Positions 1-10,115 are shown, counted from the first letter of the stretch. The stretch: DNA of 64,000 bases from Candidatus Omnitrophota bacterium (GCA_041652815.1 JBAZGN010000002.1:238261-302260), one strand, 5' to 3'. The notes: generated from the sequence alone by a model not told the origin. Translations and numbers: made by a program.

Positions 1-818
1 TTGACTTTAATGATGAGAAAGAAACGCGCGCTTTCTATCAGTATGTACAAAAAGACATTAAAAATGAAGGCTTCTTCGTTGGAGAAGGCTTATATGAACG
101 CCTTGGCCTTCAAGATACAATAGAATATTACCCTCTCGATAAAACTTTTAAACTTAAAGCAGAAAAGATTCGGGGTTATTTTAAAATGGGTATTTACGAC
201 ATCGATAATAATTATTTGATAATAGATTTGGAAAAAGCCAAGAGCCTTTCACCTAACTATTATATGTTTTTAGGGGTGAGGATGAAAGACCCGATGGATG
301 CAAAAAAGATAAAAAATATTATAACCCAGGAATTTCCTCACGGCCTGGCAGTAAATACCTGGATGGATAATCAGGTTTTGCTTTCCGCACTTGCGCTTGA
401 AAAATTAACCATGTTCGTGTTGCTAAGCCTGATTGCGCTGGTTGCATCTTTTAATATTTTCGCTACCCTGATGGTAAAAGTAGTAGAAAAAACTAAGGAT
501 ATTGGAATACTTAAAGCTTTGGGGTTTACCTCAAGAAAGATTTTAGCAATATTCAGCCTGCAGGGTTTATTCCTGGGCTTAATCGGCGTATTTTTAGGCA
601 CAGTTTCCGGGCTTGGTTTATGCCTGCTTATGCAGAAATACCATTTTGTAAAAATTCCCGTAGATATTTATTCCATTGAATATCTACCCGTTTTCATTAA
701 TTACCGCGATATATTCTTAATTGCTGTCTTGGGGCTTTTGTTTTCTTTTATTTCAAGCTTATTCCCCGCTATACGGGCGTCAAGATTATCACCCTGTGAG
801 GCCTTGAGATATGAATAA
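1..818 (+). CDS. LolC/LolE-family lipoprotein-release ABC permease (FtsX domain), 5' partial; the frame is open from the window edge
   Basis: Frame 3 is open from base 3 with no stops. The C-terminal FtsX-like 3-TM region with hydrophobic helices is visible. It is overlapped by the downstream ABC ATPase gene as in lolCDE. Confidence 0.65.
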   Translation, partial: DFNDEKETRAFYQYVQKDIKNEGFFVGEGLYERLGLQDTIEYYPLDKTFKLKAEKIRGYFKMGIYDIDNNYLIIDLEKAKSLSPNYYMFLGVRMKDPMDAKKIKNIITQEFPHGLAVNTWMDNQVLLSALALEKLTMFVLLSLIALVASFNIFATLMVKVVEKTKDIGILKALGFTSRKILAIFSLQGLFLGLIGVFLGTVSGLGLCLLMQKYHFVKIPVDIYSIEYLPVFINYRDIFLIAVLGLLFSFISSLFPAIRASRLSPCEALRYE

Positions 819-1482
819 TTTAGTACAAATCGCACAACTTAATAAGACATTTCATAACGGCCAGGAAGAAGTATTCGCACTTAAAAACATTTCATTGCGG
901 ATTGATACGAAAGACTATCTTGCTATAGTAGGGCCTTCAGGTGCGGGTAAATCTACATTATTACACATAATCGGCGGATTGGATGAGCCTTCGGGTGGAT
1001 GCGTTACATACAAAGGCAGGGACGTCTATGCGATGGGAGAAAAAGAGCGCGCTTTATGGAGGAACCAAAGCGTAGGTTTTGTTTTTCAGTTCTATCATCT
1101 GATAGAGGAATTAAATGTCCTGGAAAATGTTGCTATTGGTTCTTTTGTGCGTTTAAGAAAATCTGCTTTCAAAACTGCCCAAACATTGTTAGAATATTTA
1201 AACATAGAAGAAAGAAAGAATTTTTTTCCATCACAATTAAGCGGAGGAGAACGTCAAAAGGTAGCCTTGGCTAGAGCGCTTATTAATGACCCTGAGATTG
1301 TCTTGTGCGATGAGCCAACAGGAAATCTGGATAAAGATTCGCAGGATAAAGTAGTTGAGCTGCTTGAAAGGCTAAATACAGAAAAACAAAAGACAGTTAT
1401 ACTGGTAACACATAATCTTGAGCTTGCAAAAAGAGCAAAAAGGATGATAACGCTAAAAAGCGGGGAAATGGTTATAAGTTGA
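811..1482 (+). CDS. lolD: ABC transporter ATP-binding protein, LolD-like
   Basis: Walker A GPSGAGKST, signature LSGGERQ, Walker B ILCDEPTGNLD. There is an 8-bp overlap with the upstream permease. Confidence 0.75.
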   Translation: MNNLVQIAQLNKTFHNGQEEVFALKNISLRIDTKDYLAIVGPSGAGKSTLLHIIGGLDEPSGGCVTYKGRDVYAMGEKERALWRNQSVGFVFQFYHLIEELNVLENVAIGSFVRLRKSAFKTAQTLLEYLNIEERKNFFPSQLSGGERQKVALARALINDPEIVLCDEPTGNLDKDSQDKVVELLERLNTEKQKTVILVTHNLELAKRAKRMITLKSGEMVIS

Positions 1483-1484
1483 CA

Positions 1485-1520
1485 TGTTGATAAGTTGATA
1501 GGTTTAAACTTATCAACATA
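1485..1520. terminator. Perfect palindrome ATGTTGATAAG-N13-CTTATCAACAT after lolD; hairpin or factor-binding dyad
   Basis: The 11-bp arms are exact reverse complements. It is followed by an AT-rich stretch and the ilvE RBS. Confidence 0.4.
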
Positions 1521-1558
1521 ATAACCTAATAACATAAAAACCATCAGGAGGTTTTATT

Positions 1559-2434
1559 ATGAAGATTTATTTAAATGGAAAATTAGTTGATAAAGATGAA
1601 GCTAAAATTTCTGTCTTTGACCACGGTTTTTTATATGGAGACGGAGTTTTTGAAGGAATACGCGCTTACGATTGCCTGGTGTTTAAGCTAAAAGAACACA
1701 TCGACAGGCTTTTTGAGTCAGCGCATTCCATAATGCTGCCGGTTAAGTTAAGCAGGGAAAAAATGACGGAGGCGGTTGTTGAAACATTGAAAGCAAATAA
1801 CCTTAAAGACGCTTATATACGTTTGATTATTTCTCGCGGCGAAGGCGACTTGGGGCTGGATCCTAGAAAATGTAAAGGAAACGCAACAATAGTTATCATC
1901 ACGGACAAGGTAGCCCTTTATCCTGGGAAGCTTTATCGTGAAGGAATGGCAATTATTACTGTTCCTACTATCAGAAATATACCGGAAGCATTAAACCCGC
2001 AGATAAAATCTCTTAATTATTTGAATAATATTCTGGCTAAGATAGAAGCTGTTAATTGCGGGTATGAAGAGGCTCTTATGCTGGATCATCTTGGCTACAT
2101 TGCCGAGTGTACCGGCGATAATATTTTCGTAGTTGAGAAGGAAGAGCTTTATACTCCGCCCCAATGCATGGGTACATTACGAGGTATCACCCGTGATGCG
2201 GTTTTGGCTATCGCAAGAAAATTAAAAATTCCTACCCATGAGCACGTTTTAACGCGCCATGAATTGTATAATAGCCAGGAATGTTTCTTAACCGGTACAG
2301 CCGCAGAAATTATTCCTGTTGTTAAAGTCGATGGAAGAGCAATCGGCGAAGCAAAGCCGGGGAAAGTTACTAAATTTCTAATGCAGGAGTTTAAGAAACT
2401 GACAAAAACAGACGGAGTGAAGTATAGTTTATAA
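1559..2434 (+). CDS. ilvE: Branched-chain amino acid aminotransferase (class IV PLP aminotransferase)
   Basis: The N-terminus MKIYLNGKLV...FDHGFLYGDGVFEGIRAY is class IV typical, and the ~290 aa length fits. There is a strong RBS CAGGAGG. Confidence 0.8.
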   Translation: MKIYLNGKLVDKDEAKISVFDHGFLYGDGVFEGIRAYDCLVFKLKEHIDRLFESAHSIMLPVKLSREKMTEAVVETLKANNLKDAYIRLIISRGEGDLGLDPRKCKGNATIVIITDKVALYPGKLYREGMAIITVPTIRNIPEALNPQIKSLNYLNNILAKIEAVNCGYEEALMLDHLGYIAECTGDNIFVVEKEELYTPPQCMGTLRGITRDAVLAIARKLKIPTHEHVLTRHELYNSQECFLTGTAAEIIPVVKVDGRAIGEAKPGKVTKFLMQEFKKLTKTDGVKYSL

Positions 2435-2524
2435 GTTGTTATGTTGTTAAGTTATTAGGTTTATAGATTGTAATATATAACCTGTCAACCTATCAACATA
2501 TTAACCTATCAACCCAATAACCCA

Positions 2525-3010
2525 ATGCTTTGCGATATTTGCCACAAAAATATAGCTACTGTTCATCTTACAGAAATTATCAACGATAAAGTTGTTGAAA
2601 TGCACATCTGCCAGAATTGTACAAAAACAAAAACCCAGGAACTTAAGGAAAATTTAACTATACCGGAACTTTTAACTGGATTGATAAATACAACTGAAGC
2701 TCACAAAAAAGAAGCCCCGCTTAAATGCGAGTTTTGCGGTTTAACTTACGTAGATTTTAAGAAAAAAGCACGGTTTGGCTGTGGTAGGTGCTATTCGGTT
2801 TTCAAAGTGCAGATTCTGCCGCTGCTTAAAAAAATACATGGTTCACTTACTTACGCGGGAAAATCCGCAATTGATATGCAGAAAGATTCTTTTTCAAATA
2901 GCGTGAAGGAATTAAAAATAAGGCTTGAACGCGCTATAAAATTAGAAGAATACGAAGAAGCTGCGCGCCTACGGGACGAACTTAAAAAGCTGGAGCAAAA
3001 ACCCATCTAG
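2525..3010 (+). CDS. mcsA: McsA-like activator of protein arginine kinase (two CxxC zinc-finger pairs + C-terminal UVR motif)
   Basis: CDICH...HICQNC and CEFCG...CGRC pairs are present. The C-terminal EEYEEAARLRDELKKLE UvrB/C motif is present. It lies immediately upstream of mcsB-clpC. Confidence 0.7.
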   Translation: MLCDICHKNIATVHLTEIINDKVVEMHICQNCTKTKTQELKENLTIPELLTGLINTTEAHKKEAPLKCEFCGLTYVDFKKKARFGCGRCYSVFKVQILPLLKKIHGSLTYAGKSAIDMQKDSFSNSVKELKIRLERAIKLEEYEEAARLRDELKKLEQKPI

Positions 3011-3105
3011 ATGCTTGATGCTCGCTACTTGATGCTTGTAGAAAAAATAACGAGTATCTAGCATCTAGGATCGAGCATCAATGTTGAAGTTTTGGTATAA
3101 AAAAC

Positions 3106-4149
3106 ATGTTTGAAGAATTATTAAACAACAAAGATACGTGGTTAAGCGGAAAAGGGCCGTTTTCTGAAATAATTTTTTCATCCCGGGTGCGCCTGGCAAG
3201 AAACTTTTCAGATTATCCTTTCCCTCAACGTGCGACAATCATCCAAAAAGAAAAGATTTTAAAGAGCATGGAATCGGTGTGTACGAAAATCAGCACTTTT
3301 AAAAATATTATTTTTTTACGAATGGAAGAAGCTAGTGAAATAGACAGGCAGTTTCTTCTGGAGCGGCACCTTATAAGCCAGGAACATATGCATGTAGCAA
3401 AAGGTAAAGGGCTTATTCTATCATTAGATGAAAAAATCGCTCTTATGATAAACGAAGAGGACCATTTAAGGATGCAGGCCATGGCTTCAGGATTTGATTT
3501 GAAAAAGTGCTGGGAGGTAATCAACACAATTGATGACTCGATAGCTCAATTTGTAAATTTTTCATTTATGCCTAATTTAGGATATTTGACATCCTGCCCT
3601 ACTAATGTAGGAACCGCTCTTCGGGCCTCCTGCATGCTGCATTTGCCGGCGTTAACTTTTACAAAAAGAATAAATAAAGTTCTTGAGTTGCTTGCAAAGA
3701 TTTCTTTTGCTACAAGAGGATTTTTCGGCGAAGGCACACAGGCTCTTGGAGATTTTTTCCAGATTTCAAACCAGATAAGCCTTGGTTTATCAGAGCTGGA
3801 AGTTATAAATAATTTAGCTGGGGTAGTTAATCAGGTAAAAGAACAGGAAATTGATGCGCGTGAAATTTTATTAAAAAAACATAAGCTTGAGCTCGAAGAT
3901 AATGTCTGGCGGTCATACGGCGTTTTGCGTAATTGCCGCCTAGTTAGCAGCAAAGAAGCATTAAGCCATCTTTCTATATTGTCTTTGGGCCTGGATTTAG
4001 GTATAATTAATAGTATAAACAGAGCGCTGTTGAATAACTTGTTTCTAATGATCCAACCGGCTCATCTTCAGAAGATAGAAGCAAGAGTTTTAAAAGAAGA
4101 AGAAAGGGATTTTATAAGGGCTCAGATTTTAAGAGAGAAATTAAGTTAA
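3106..4149 (+). CDS. mcsB: Protein arginine kinase McsB (ATP:guanido phosphotransferase domain)
   Basis: The phosphagen-kinase signature CPTNVGTALRAS is present. The length is 347 aa. It sits in an operon context with mcsA and clpC. Confidence 0.85.
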   Translation: MFEELLNNKDTWLSGKGPFSEIIFSSRVRLARNFSDYPFPQRATIIQKEKILKSMESVCTKISTFKNIIFLRMEEASEIDRQFLLERHLISQEHMHVAKGKGLILSLDEKIALMINEEDHLRMQAMASGFDLKKCWEVINTIDDSIAQFVNFSFMPNLGYLTSCPTNVGTALRASCMLHLPALTFTKRINKVLELLAKISFATRGFFGEGTQALGDFFQISNQISLGLSELEVINNLAGVVNQVKEQEIDAREILLKKHKLELEDNVWRSYGVLRNCRLVSSKEALSHLSILSLGLDLGIINSINRALLNNLFLMIQPAHLQKIEARVLKEEERDFIRAQILREKLS

Positions 4150-4151
4150 AG

Positions 4152-4246
4152 ATAGAAGCGGATATCCGCGGATCTAAACGCGGATAAACGCAAGCTGATT
4201 GGCGTGCGTAAATCCGCGTAGATATCCGCGGCAATCCGCTTCTACT
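4152..4246. repeat. Intergenic dyad-symmetric element, family R1 (CGCGGAT words), copy A
   Basis: It is ~88% identical over ~90 bp to 59556..59645. It contains the ATCCGCGGAT palindrome and a nested AAACGCGGATAAACGC / GCGTAAATCCGCG inverted repeat. Confidence 0.8.
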
Positions 4247-4268
4247 AAAAAGGGAGGTAATAAGATCA

Positions 4269-6701
4269 ATGTTTAACAGATTTACAGAGAGAGCAAGAAA
4301 AGTTTTGGTTCTTGCGAAAGAAGAAGCAAGGCGTTTTAATCATGATTACATAGGCACAGAGCATATACTACTTGGTTTGGTAAGAGAAGGCGAGGGGGTG
4401 GCTTGTGCTGTTTTGCAGAATTTAGGTATTGATTTGGAGCGCTTGAGAATCGAAATAGAAAAACTGATTTCTCCCGGAAGCTCGGCTTCTGTTTTGGGAG
4501 AAATACCGTTTACACCGCGCGCCAAAAAAGCCTTAGAGCTTGCTGCTGAGGAAGCGCATAATCTGGGGCACAATTACATAGGCACAGAGCATATTCTCCT
4601 TGGCTTAATAAGGGAAGGCGAGGGGTTAGCTTCACAGGTCCTTTTTTCGTTAGGTGTTGATTTACGAAAAATAAGGGAAGAAATAGCAGCTCTTCTTGGA
4701 GGAGGCCAGTCTTATCAGGGGGCTGCCCCGCAGGCTACATCCAAAACCCCGGCATTAGATTCTTTCGGAAGAGATTTAACCAAACTTGCAAAAGAAGGCA
4801 AATTAGACCCGGTTATCGGCCGTAAAGGCGAGATAGAAAGAGTTATCCAGGTGCTTTCACGCAGGACCAAAAACAATCCTGTTCTTTTGGGTGAAGCTGG
4901 CGTAGGCAAAACTGCAATCGTAGAAGGTTTAGCTCAAAGCATAACACTTGGTGAGGTACCGGAGATTCTTCGGAATAAAAGAATAGTTGTGCTTGATTTG
5001 GCGCTGATGATAGCCGGAACAAAATACCGCGGGCAGTTTGAAGAAAGAATTAAAGCAGTAATGGAGGAAATAAAACGTTCCAAAGACGTTATTATTTTCA
5101 TAGATGAGTTGCATACTCTCGTTGGCGCAGGCGCAGCTGAAGGAGCGATAGATGCTTCAAATATTTTAAAGCCGTCCTTGTCCAGAGGGGAAATTCAGTG
5201 TATAGGTGCAACCACCCTTGATGAATACAGAAAATATATAGAAAAAGATGCGGCGCTCGAGAGGAGGTTTCAGCCGATAATCGTTGAGCCGAATTCTGTT
5301 GAAGAAACAGTTGAAATATTAAAAGGCCTACGCGATAAATACGAAGCGCACCACAGAGTTAAATTTTCTAATGAAGCAGTTGAGGCAGCATCAAAGCTTT
5401 CTGACAGGTATGTATCCGGAAGATTTTTGCCGGATAAAGCAGTTGATTTAATTGATGAGGCGGGTGCCCGCGCGCGTTTGGCGGTTTTGACGGCTCCGAA
5501 AGAGATAAAAGACCTTGAAGACAAATTAAATGGAATAGACCGCGAAAAAGAAGCTCTTATAAAACAGCAGGATTTTGAAGCAGCGGCACGGCTTCGTGAC
5601 GAAGAAAAAAAGCTACGGCTGCAGCTGGATTCTTTAAGAAAGGATTGGAGCAAAAAAAGAGACCAGATTATTCCGACTGTAAGCGAAGAAGATATTGCGC
5701 ATTTAGTTGCGCAAATTACAGGTATACCCATCTACAGGCTTGAAGAAAGAGAATCGGAAAAGCTTCTTAAGATTGAAGAAAAATTAACCGAAACAGTCAT
5801 CGGCCAGACAGAAGCCCTCCAGGCTATAGCGCGTTCTATCAGGCGTGCAAGGGCAGGGATAAAAGAGCCGCGCCGGCCAATTGGCTCATTTATGTTTCTC
5901 GGGCCAACCGGAGTAGGCAAGACTTTGCTTGCGCGGGCTCTTGCTGAACTTATGTTCGGTGATGAAGAGGCATTGCTTCAAATTGATATGAGCGAGTATA
6001 TGGAGAAATTCAATGTTTCAAGGCTTATAGGAGCCCCCCCCGGCTATGTAGGTTACGAGGAGGGAGGCCAGCTTACCGAACGTGTTAGAAGAAGGCCGTA
6101 TTCCGTAATTTTGCTTGATGAAATAGAAAAAGCCCATCCAGATGTGTTTAATTTACTTTTACAGATATTGGAAGAAGGCAGGCTTACCGACAGCTTCGCA
6201 AGAAAGATTGATTTTAGAAATACCATTTTGATAATGACTTCTAATGTTGGCGCTGAAATAATCAGGCAGCGTGGTTCCTTGGGTTTTAAGCCTCTGACAG
6301 AAGATATAGGCTACGAAGATATGAAGAACATGCTTCTTGATGAAGTAAAAAAAGCGTTTAAACCGGAATTTTTGAATAGGCTAGATGAGGTTATAGTTTT
6401 TAGGCCTCTTGGTAAAGAAGACCTTGGCAAGATAGTTGACATTGAGCTTTCCTACGTGAACAGCCGCCTGAAAGACCAGGGTGTTGAGGTCCAACTTTCC
6501 AATGATGCCAAGGATTTTTTTGTAGAGAAAGGTTTTGATCCGGTGTTTGGTGCGCGCCCTTTAAAGAGAGTTATACAAAGGTTTTTAGAGGATCCGTTGG
6601 CGGAAGATATAATAAAAGGAGAATTTACAGAGAGATTGAAAAAAGAAAAACCAGTGAAAATAAAAGTAACTAGAAAAGGCGAAGAATTGAAGTTTGAATG
6701 A
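4269..6701 (+). CDS. clpC: ATP-dependent Clp protease ATP-binding subunit ClpC
   Basis: Tandem Clp-N repeats, two AAA+ modules (GEAGVGKT and GPTGVGKT Walker A) and a UVR-like coiled coil between the AAA modules. The length is 810 aa. Confidence 0.9.
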   Translation: MFNRFTERARKVLVLAKEEARRFNHDYIGTEHILLGLVREGEGVACAVLQNLGIDLERLRIEIEKLISPGSSASVLGEIPFTPRAKKALELAAEEAHNLGHNYIGTEHILLGLIREGEGLASQVLFSLGVDLRKIREEIAALLGGGQSYQGAAPQATSKTPALDSFGRDLTKLAKEGKLDPVIGRKGEIERVIQVLSRRTKNNPVLLGEAGVGKTAIVEGLAQSITLGEVPEILRNKRIVVLDLALMIAGTKYRGQFEERIKAVMEEIKRSKDVIIFIDELHTLVGAGAAEGAIDASNILKPSLSRGEIQCIGATTLDEYRKYIEKDAALERRFQPIIVEPNSVEETVEILKGLRDKYEAHHRVKFSNEAVEAASKLSDRYVSGRFLPDKAVDLIDEAGARARLAVLTAPKEIKDLEDKLNGIDREKEALIKQQDFEAAARLRDEEKKLRLQLDSLRKDWSKKRDQIIPTVSEEDIAHLVAQITGIPIYRLEERESEKLLKIEEKLTETVIGQTEALQAIARSIRRARAGIKEPRRPIGSFMFLGPTGVGKTLLARALAELMFGDEEALLQIDMSEYMEKFNVSRLIGAPPGYVGYEEGGQLTERVRRRPYSVILLDEIEKAHPDVFNLLLQILEEGRLTDSFARKIDFRNTILIMTSNVGAEIIRQRGSLGFKPLTEDIGYEDMKNMLLDEVKKAFKPEFLNRLDEVIVFRPLGKEDLGKIVDIELSYVNSRLKDQGVEVQLSNDAKDFFVEKGFDPVFGARPLKRVIQRFLEDPLAEDIIKGEFTERLKKEKPVKIKVTRKGEELKFE

Positions 6702-7603
6702 AATTTTTTTTCCTTCTTGTATTATTATTGATAACTATACAGCCAGTAAGTTTAGCTTATAATTTTATAGAAATTGATTTAGTCAGGCGTAAGATTGTCT
6801 TAGACGATTTTTGTTTCGGTAATTACAATATAAACGCCGACGTCGGTTTTGATTTTAAGCAGGAAGACGGTTCTTTGATAGTTAATCTGGAAGGAAAAGA
6901 TATCGAGTTATTGCCCAATGGCCTTGATGATGCGTTATTTGGCAAAAGGCAGATGCAATATCTTTCGGCAAAATTGGTGAAGAAAGATAACTTACTTTTT
7001 GTAAATTATTTACGTTCGCCTCAGTTTCTGGCAAGAGGAAAAATTGATCTTGACAAAAACGAGCTACTTTTGGATGTAGATTGTAATTGGCGGGAAAATT
7101 CTTCTTTTATCGAAGGCGACATCGAAGGCAAGATAAAAATCTGGGGCAAGATAAATGATTTTCTTATAAACGGTTCATTGGATATAAAAAATGGCACATA
7201 CCAGGATGTAGATTTCTCGCGCCTGGTTTTTCATTTTTTGGGCAAACCCCCTTTGTTTACTTTAAGTGATTCTGAAATTGTGCTTCTCGATGGAAATATC
7301 TATAAAATAGAAGGCGTTATGAATTTAAGGGATTTTTCCAATATTTTGCCTAAAGCCGAATATATTTCTAAAAAGGTAAACCTCGGAGGATGGGAAATCC
7401 TATCTGAAGAAAAAACCAGCGTAGGGCTTAAGAAAAACGTTGATGATAATTTTGATATTCTTTTGGATACCTACGACAGAGAAGATAGCTCAATGAAAAC
7501 AGGCGCAGAGGTTCGTTACAAATTGCTGAATGATCAATTTTTACGTTTGCGCATGGAGGACGACAGGACTATCGTTGGCTTTGAGCGGCGAAAGGAATTC
7601 TAA
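6698..7603 (+). CDS. Hypothetical exported protein, translationally coupled to clpC (ATGA overlap)
   Basis: The N-terminal hydrophobic signal-like segment is [20 protein letters not shown]. No recognisable domain was found. Confidence 0.5.
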   Translation: MKFFFLLVLLLITIQPVSLAYNFIEIDLVRRKIVLDDFCFGNYNINADVGFDFKQEDGSLIVNLEGKDIELLPNGLDDALFGKRQMQYLSAKLVKKDNLLFVNYLRSPQFLARGKIDLDKNELLLDVDCNWRENSSFIEGDIEGKIKIWGKINDFLINGSLDIKNGTYQDVDFSRLVFHFLGKPPLFTLSDSEIVLLDGNIYKIEGVMNLRDFSNILPKAEYISKKVNLGGWEILSEEKTSVGLKKNVDDNFDILLDTYDREDSSMKTGAEVRYKLLNDQFLRLRMEDDRTIVGFERRKEF

Positions 7604-7624
7604 TTAAATTAAAACATAGGGGGT

Positions 7625-8428
7625 TTGGTGAGTGCCCGTTCAAAATTAAACGTTTTCGTAGTTGTTCCGTTCCTGAGTAATCTACAAATTTTATTCCAAT
7701 ACATAGGAAGTATAGCTTTTTTTATAGGAGATATTTTCTGGTGGCTTTTTGCCAAGAAGCGCGACCTTAAGGCAGTAAGGAGAGAAATTATCCTTATAGG
7801 CTTAAACAGCCTTCCGCTAGTTTCGCTTATTTCCTTTTTCGTTGGTATAATCATTGCCTTCCAAACCGCTTATCAGCTAAAGCAATTTTCTTCAGAAATT
7901 TATATAGCGTCTTTAGTTGCACTTTCTCTGGTAAGAGAGTTAGGGCCTGTACTCGGTTCGTTGATTGTAGCGGCAAGAAGCGGGGCTTCTATAACCGCCG
8001 GCATAGGCTCTATGAAAATAAGCGAGCAGGTGGACGCATTAGAAGCTTTTGCGGTTGAACCAATAGACTATCTGGTTGTTCCAAAGTTCCTGGCTTTAAT
8101 TATCGCTATGCCGATTTTGATTATTTACGCAGATTTTTTAGGTATTTTAGGCGGGTACCTAGTGGGCAGTTCAAAGTTTGGCATACCTTTTCAGTTTTAT
8201 TTTAAGCTTACTTTTGATGCGTTGAAAATAAAAGATATCGCCAGCGGGCTTATAAAGAGTGTTTGTTTTGGGGCCATAATTGCTTTTGTTTCTTCTTATG
8301 AAGGTTTCAAACCATTTTCTTCCACTGATGTTTCAGCGTCCGTAACGCATTCGGTAGTGCGCTCGTTTATTTTAATAATTATATGTGACTGTATTCTTAC
8401 GGCTTTATTTTATTTTATGTTCGTATAG
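7625..8428 (+). CDS. mlaE: MlaE-family ABC permease (phospholipid/lipid asymmetry transporter)
   Basis: The ~265 aa polytopic membrane protein is followed by an MlaF-like ATPase and an MCE-domain protein. The start is a non-ATG (TTG/GTG) codon. Confidence 0.7.
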   Translation: MVSARSKLNVFVVVPFLSNLQILFQYIGSIAFFIGDIFWWLFAKKRDLKAVRREIILIGLNSLPLVSLISFFVGIIIAFQTAYQLKQFSSEIYIASLVALSLVRELGPVLGSLIVAARSGASITAGIGSMKISEQVDALEAFAVEPIDYLVVPKFLALIIAMPILIIYADFLGILGGYLVGSSKFGIPFQFYFKLTFDALKIKDIASGLIKSVCFGAIIAFVSSYEGFKPFSSTDVSASVTHSVVRSFILIIICDCILTALFYFMFV

Positions 8429-8448
8429 AATAGTATTGCTTATTAAGA

Positions 8449-9222
8449 ATGAATGACATGGTAAAAGAAATGATAAAATTGGAAAATGTTTCCAAATATT
8501 TTGGAGATAAACAGGTATTAAAAGGAGTAAACCTTTCGGTAGGTAGAGGAGAAACATTTCTTATTATCGGAAGAAGCGGGGCTGGCAAGACAGTTCTTCT
8601 TAAAAACATAATAGGTTTACTTAGGCCTGACTCTGGTAAAGTTTTTATTGACGGTGTCGACTCAACCGGGCTTAACAATAAAGAGCTTGAAAAGGTGCGA
8701 TATCAGTTTGGCCTGGTTTTCCAAAGCGCGGCTTTATTTGATTTTCTGACTATTGATGAAAACGTAGGTTTTTTCCTTTATCAGCATACAAATCTTAAAA
8801 AAATTGAGATACGAAAAAAAGTAAAAGAAACTCTTGCTTTGGTAGGCTTAGAGGGGATAGAAGACCATTACCCTTATCAACTAAGCGGCGGTATGAAAAA
8901 AAGAGTGGCTATCGCAAGGGCAGTTATTTATAATCCGAAAATTATAATCTATGATGAGCCGACAACAGGCATTGACCCTATAGCGATTGACAAGGTGGTC
9001 TCGTTGATTGAAGATTTACACAAGCGGCTTTCAATTACCTCGCTGGTAGTCACGCATGACCTTGAGGTCGGTTTAAAAATTTCCGAGCGCATAGCATTTT
9101 TATTGGGTGGAAGGATAATTTTTCAGGGCAAAAAAGATGACCTGGAAAACATTAAGGATCCACGCGTGGTGCAGTTTTTGCATGGCTCTTCAGCCGGGCC
9201 GATAAAAGAGATGGAGGTATAA
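8449..9222 (+). CDS. mlaF: MlaF-like ABC ATP-binding protein
   Basis: Walker A GRSGAGKT, signature LSGGMKKR, Walker B IIYDEPTTGID. Confidence 0.75.
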   Translation: MNDMVKEMIKLENVSKYFGDKQVLKGVNLSVGRGETFLIIGRSGAGKTVLLKNIIGLLRPDSGKVFIDGVDSTGLNNKELEKVRYQFGLVFQSAALFDFLTIDENVGFFLYQHTNLKKIEIRKKVKETLALVGLEGIEDHYPYQLSGGMKKRVAIARAVIYNPKIIIYDEPTTGIDPIAIDKVVSLIEDLHKRLSITSLVVTHDLEVGLKISERIAFLLGGRIIFQGKKDDLENIKDPRVVQFLHGSSAGPIKEMEV

Positions 9223-9407
9223 AATTAGAGTATAATTATGTATTATTTTAATCTTTATTATCCCGCCTCGCCTGTATATGTGGTAAATTTTTCAAGAAAA
9301 ATTTACCACAAGCTCGGCGGGATCAATTCGCACTATCATTTTTTCTGCGCCCTGCCACCGAAGGTGGCGAGGCTTGAAAAAAATGATGTGCTCATTGAGG
9401 AGGTGTA
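9223..9407. repeat. Intergenic dyad element, family R6 (GTGGTAAATTT...AAATTTACCAC), copy A
   Basis: The inverted repeat GTGGTAAATTTTTCAAGAAAAATTTACCAC is followed by a GC hairpin CCACCGAAGGTGG. It is related to 57586..57742. Confidence 0.6.
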
Positions 9408-10115
9408 ATGGCTAACAATCTTTCCAACATAAAAAAGTATTTCTTGGAAATGAGAGTAGGTGCTTTTTTTATCGGCGCGCTAATTTTGCTTTTGATTACG
9501 CTCCTCTCGATAAGAGAAACCACTTTCTGGAAGGGGACCCGTCTTCTAAAAGTAAGATTTAATTTTGCAGAAGGGCTTCGCCCGGCTTCTCCCGTACGGT
9601 TTTGCGGTGTAGATGTTGGTGAGGTTAAGTATGTTGAAGTCAAACAAGATGATGATTTACAGCCGTATGTATTTGTCTATGTAAAGGTAAGTACAGATTC
9701 ACGCATACCGAAGAATTCTTATTTTTTTATAAACTCTTTAAGTTTATTCGGAGAAAAATACCTTGAAATAGTGCCTCCCGTGAAGCCGGAAGGATTTTTA
9801 ACCGGAGGAGAAGTGGTTGAAGGAATCTCTCCAACGCCACTTTTTAACGTAGTTACCAATTTTAACAAGACCATGGAAGAGGTGAATGCTTTCGTGAAAG
9901 ATGGAAAGCTTAAGGAATCATTTGCAAACACAATTACTAATGTAGAAAAGATAAGTGCCGATGTGCGGCAATTAATAGAAGACGTGAGAAACAAAAAAGG
10001 CACTCTCGGCAAATTTTTTTACGATGATTCTCTCTATACTAAGACGGAAGAATTCATTGACGAGTTAAAAGAGAATCCCTGGAAATTACTTTATAAGCCA
10101 AAAGATGCCAAATAG
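9408..10115 (+). CDS. mlaD: MCE-domain protein MlaD-like
   Basis: A single N-terminal TM is followed by an MCE domain. There is a strong RBS GAGGAGG. It is the third gene of the mlaEFD-like set. Confidence 0.7.
   Translation: MANNLSNIKKYFLEMRVGAFFIGALILLLITLLSIRETTFWKGTRLLKVRFNFAEGLRPASPVRFCGVDVGEVKYVEVKQDDDLQPYVFVYVKVSTDSRIPKNSYFFINSLSLFGEKYLEIVPPVKPEGFLTGGEVVEGISPTPLFNVVTNFNKTMEEVNAFVKDGKLKESFANTITNVEKISADVRQLIEDVRNKKGTLGKFFYDDSLYTKTEEFIDELKENPWKLLYKPKDAK

Noticed and set aside
999-1544. Overlapping alternative-frame ORFs inside lolD (999..1274 +, 1254..1544 -) and the many 60-150-aa minus-strand ORFs inside clpC, cysS, P-type ATPase, feoB and similar genes
   Set aside because: They are fully embedded in long ORFs with strong domain signatures. 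They have biased composition typical of shadow frames.
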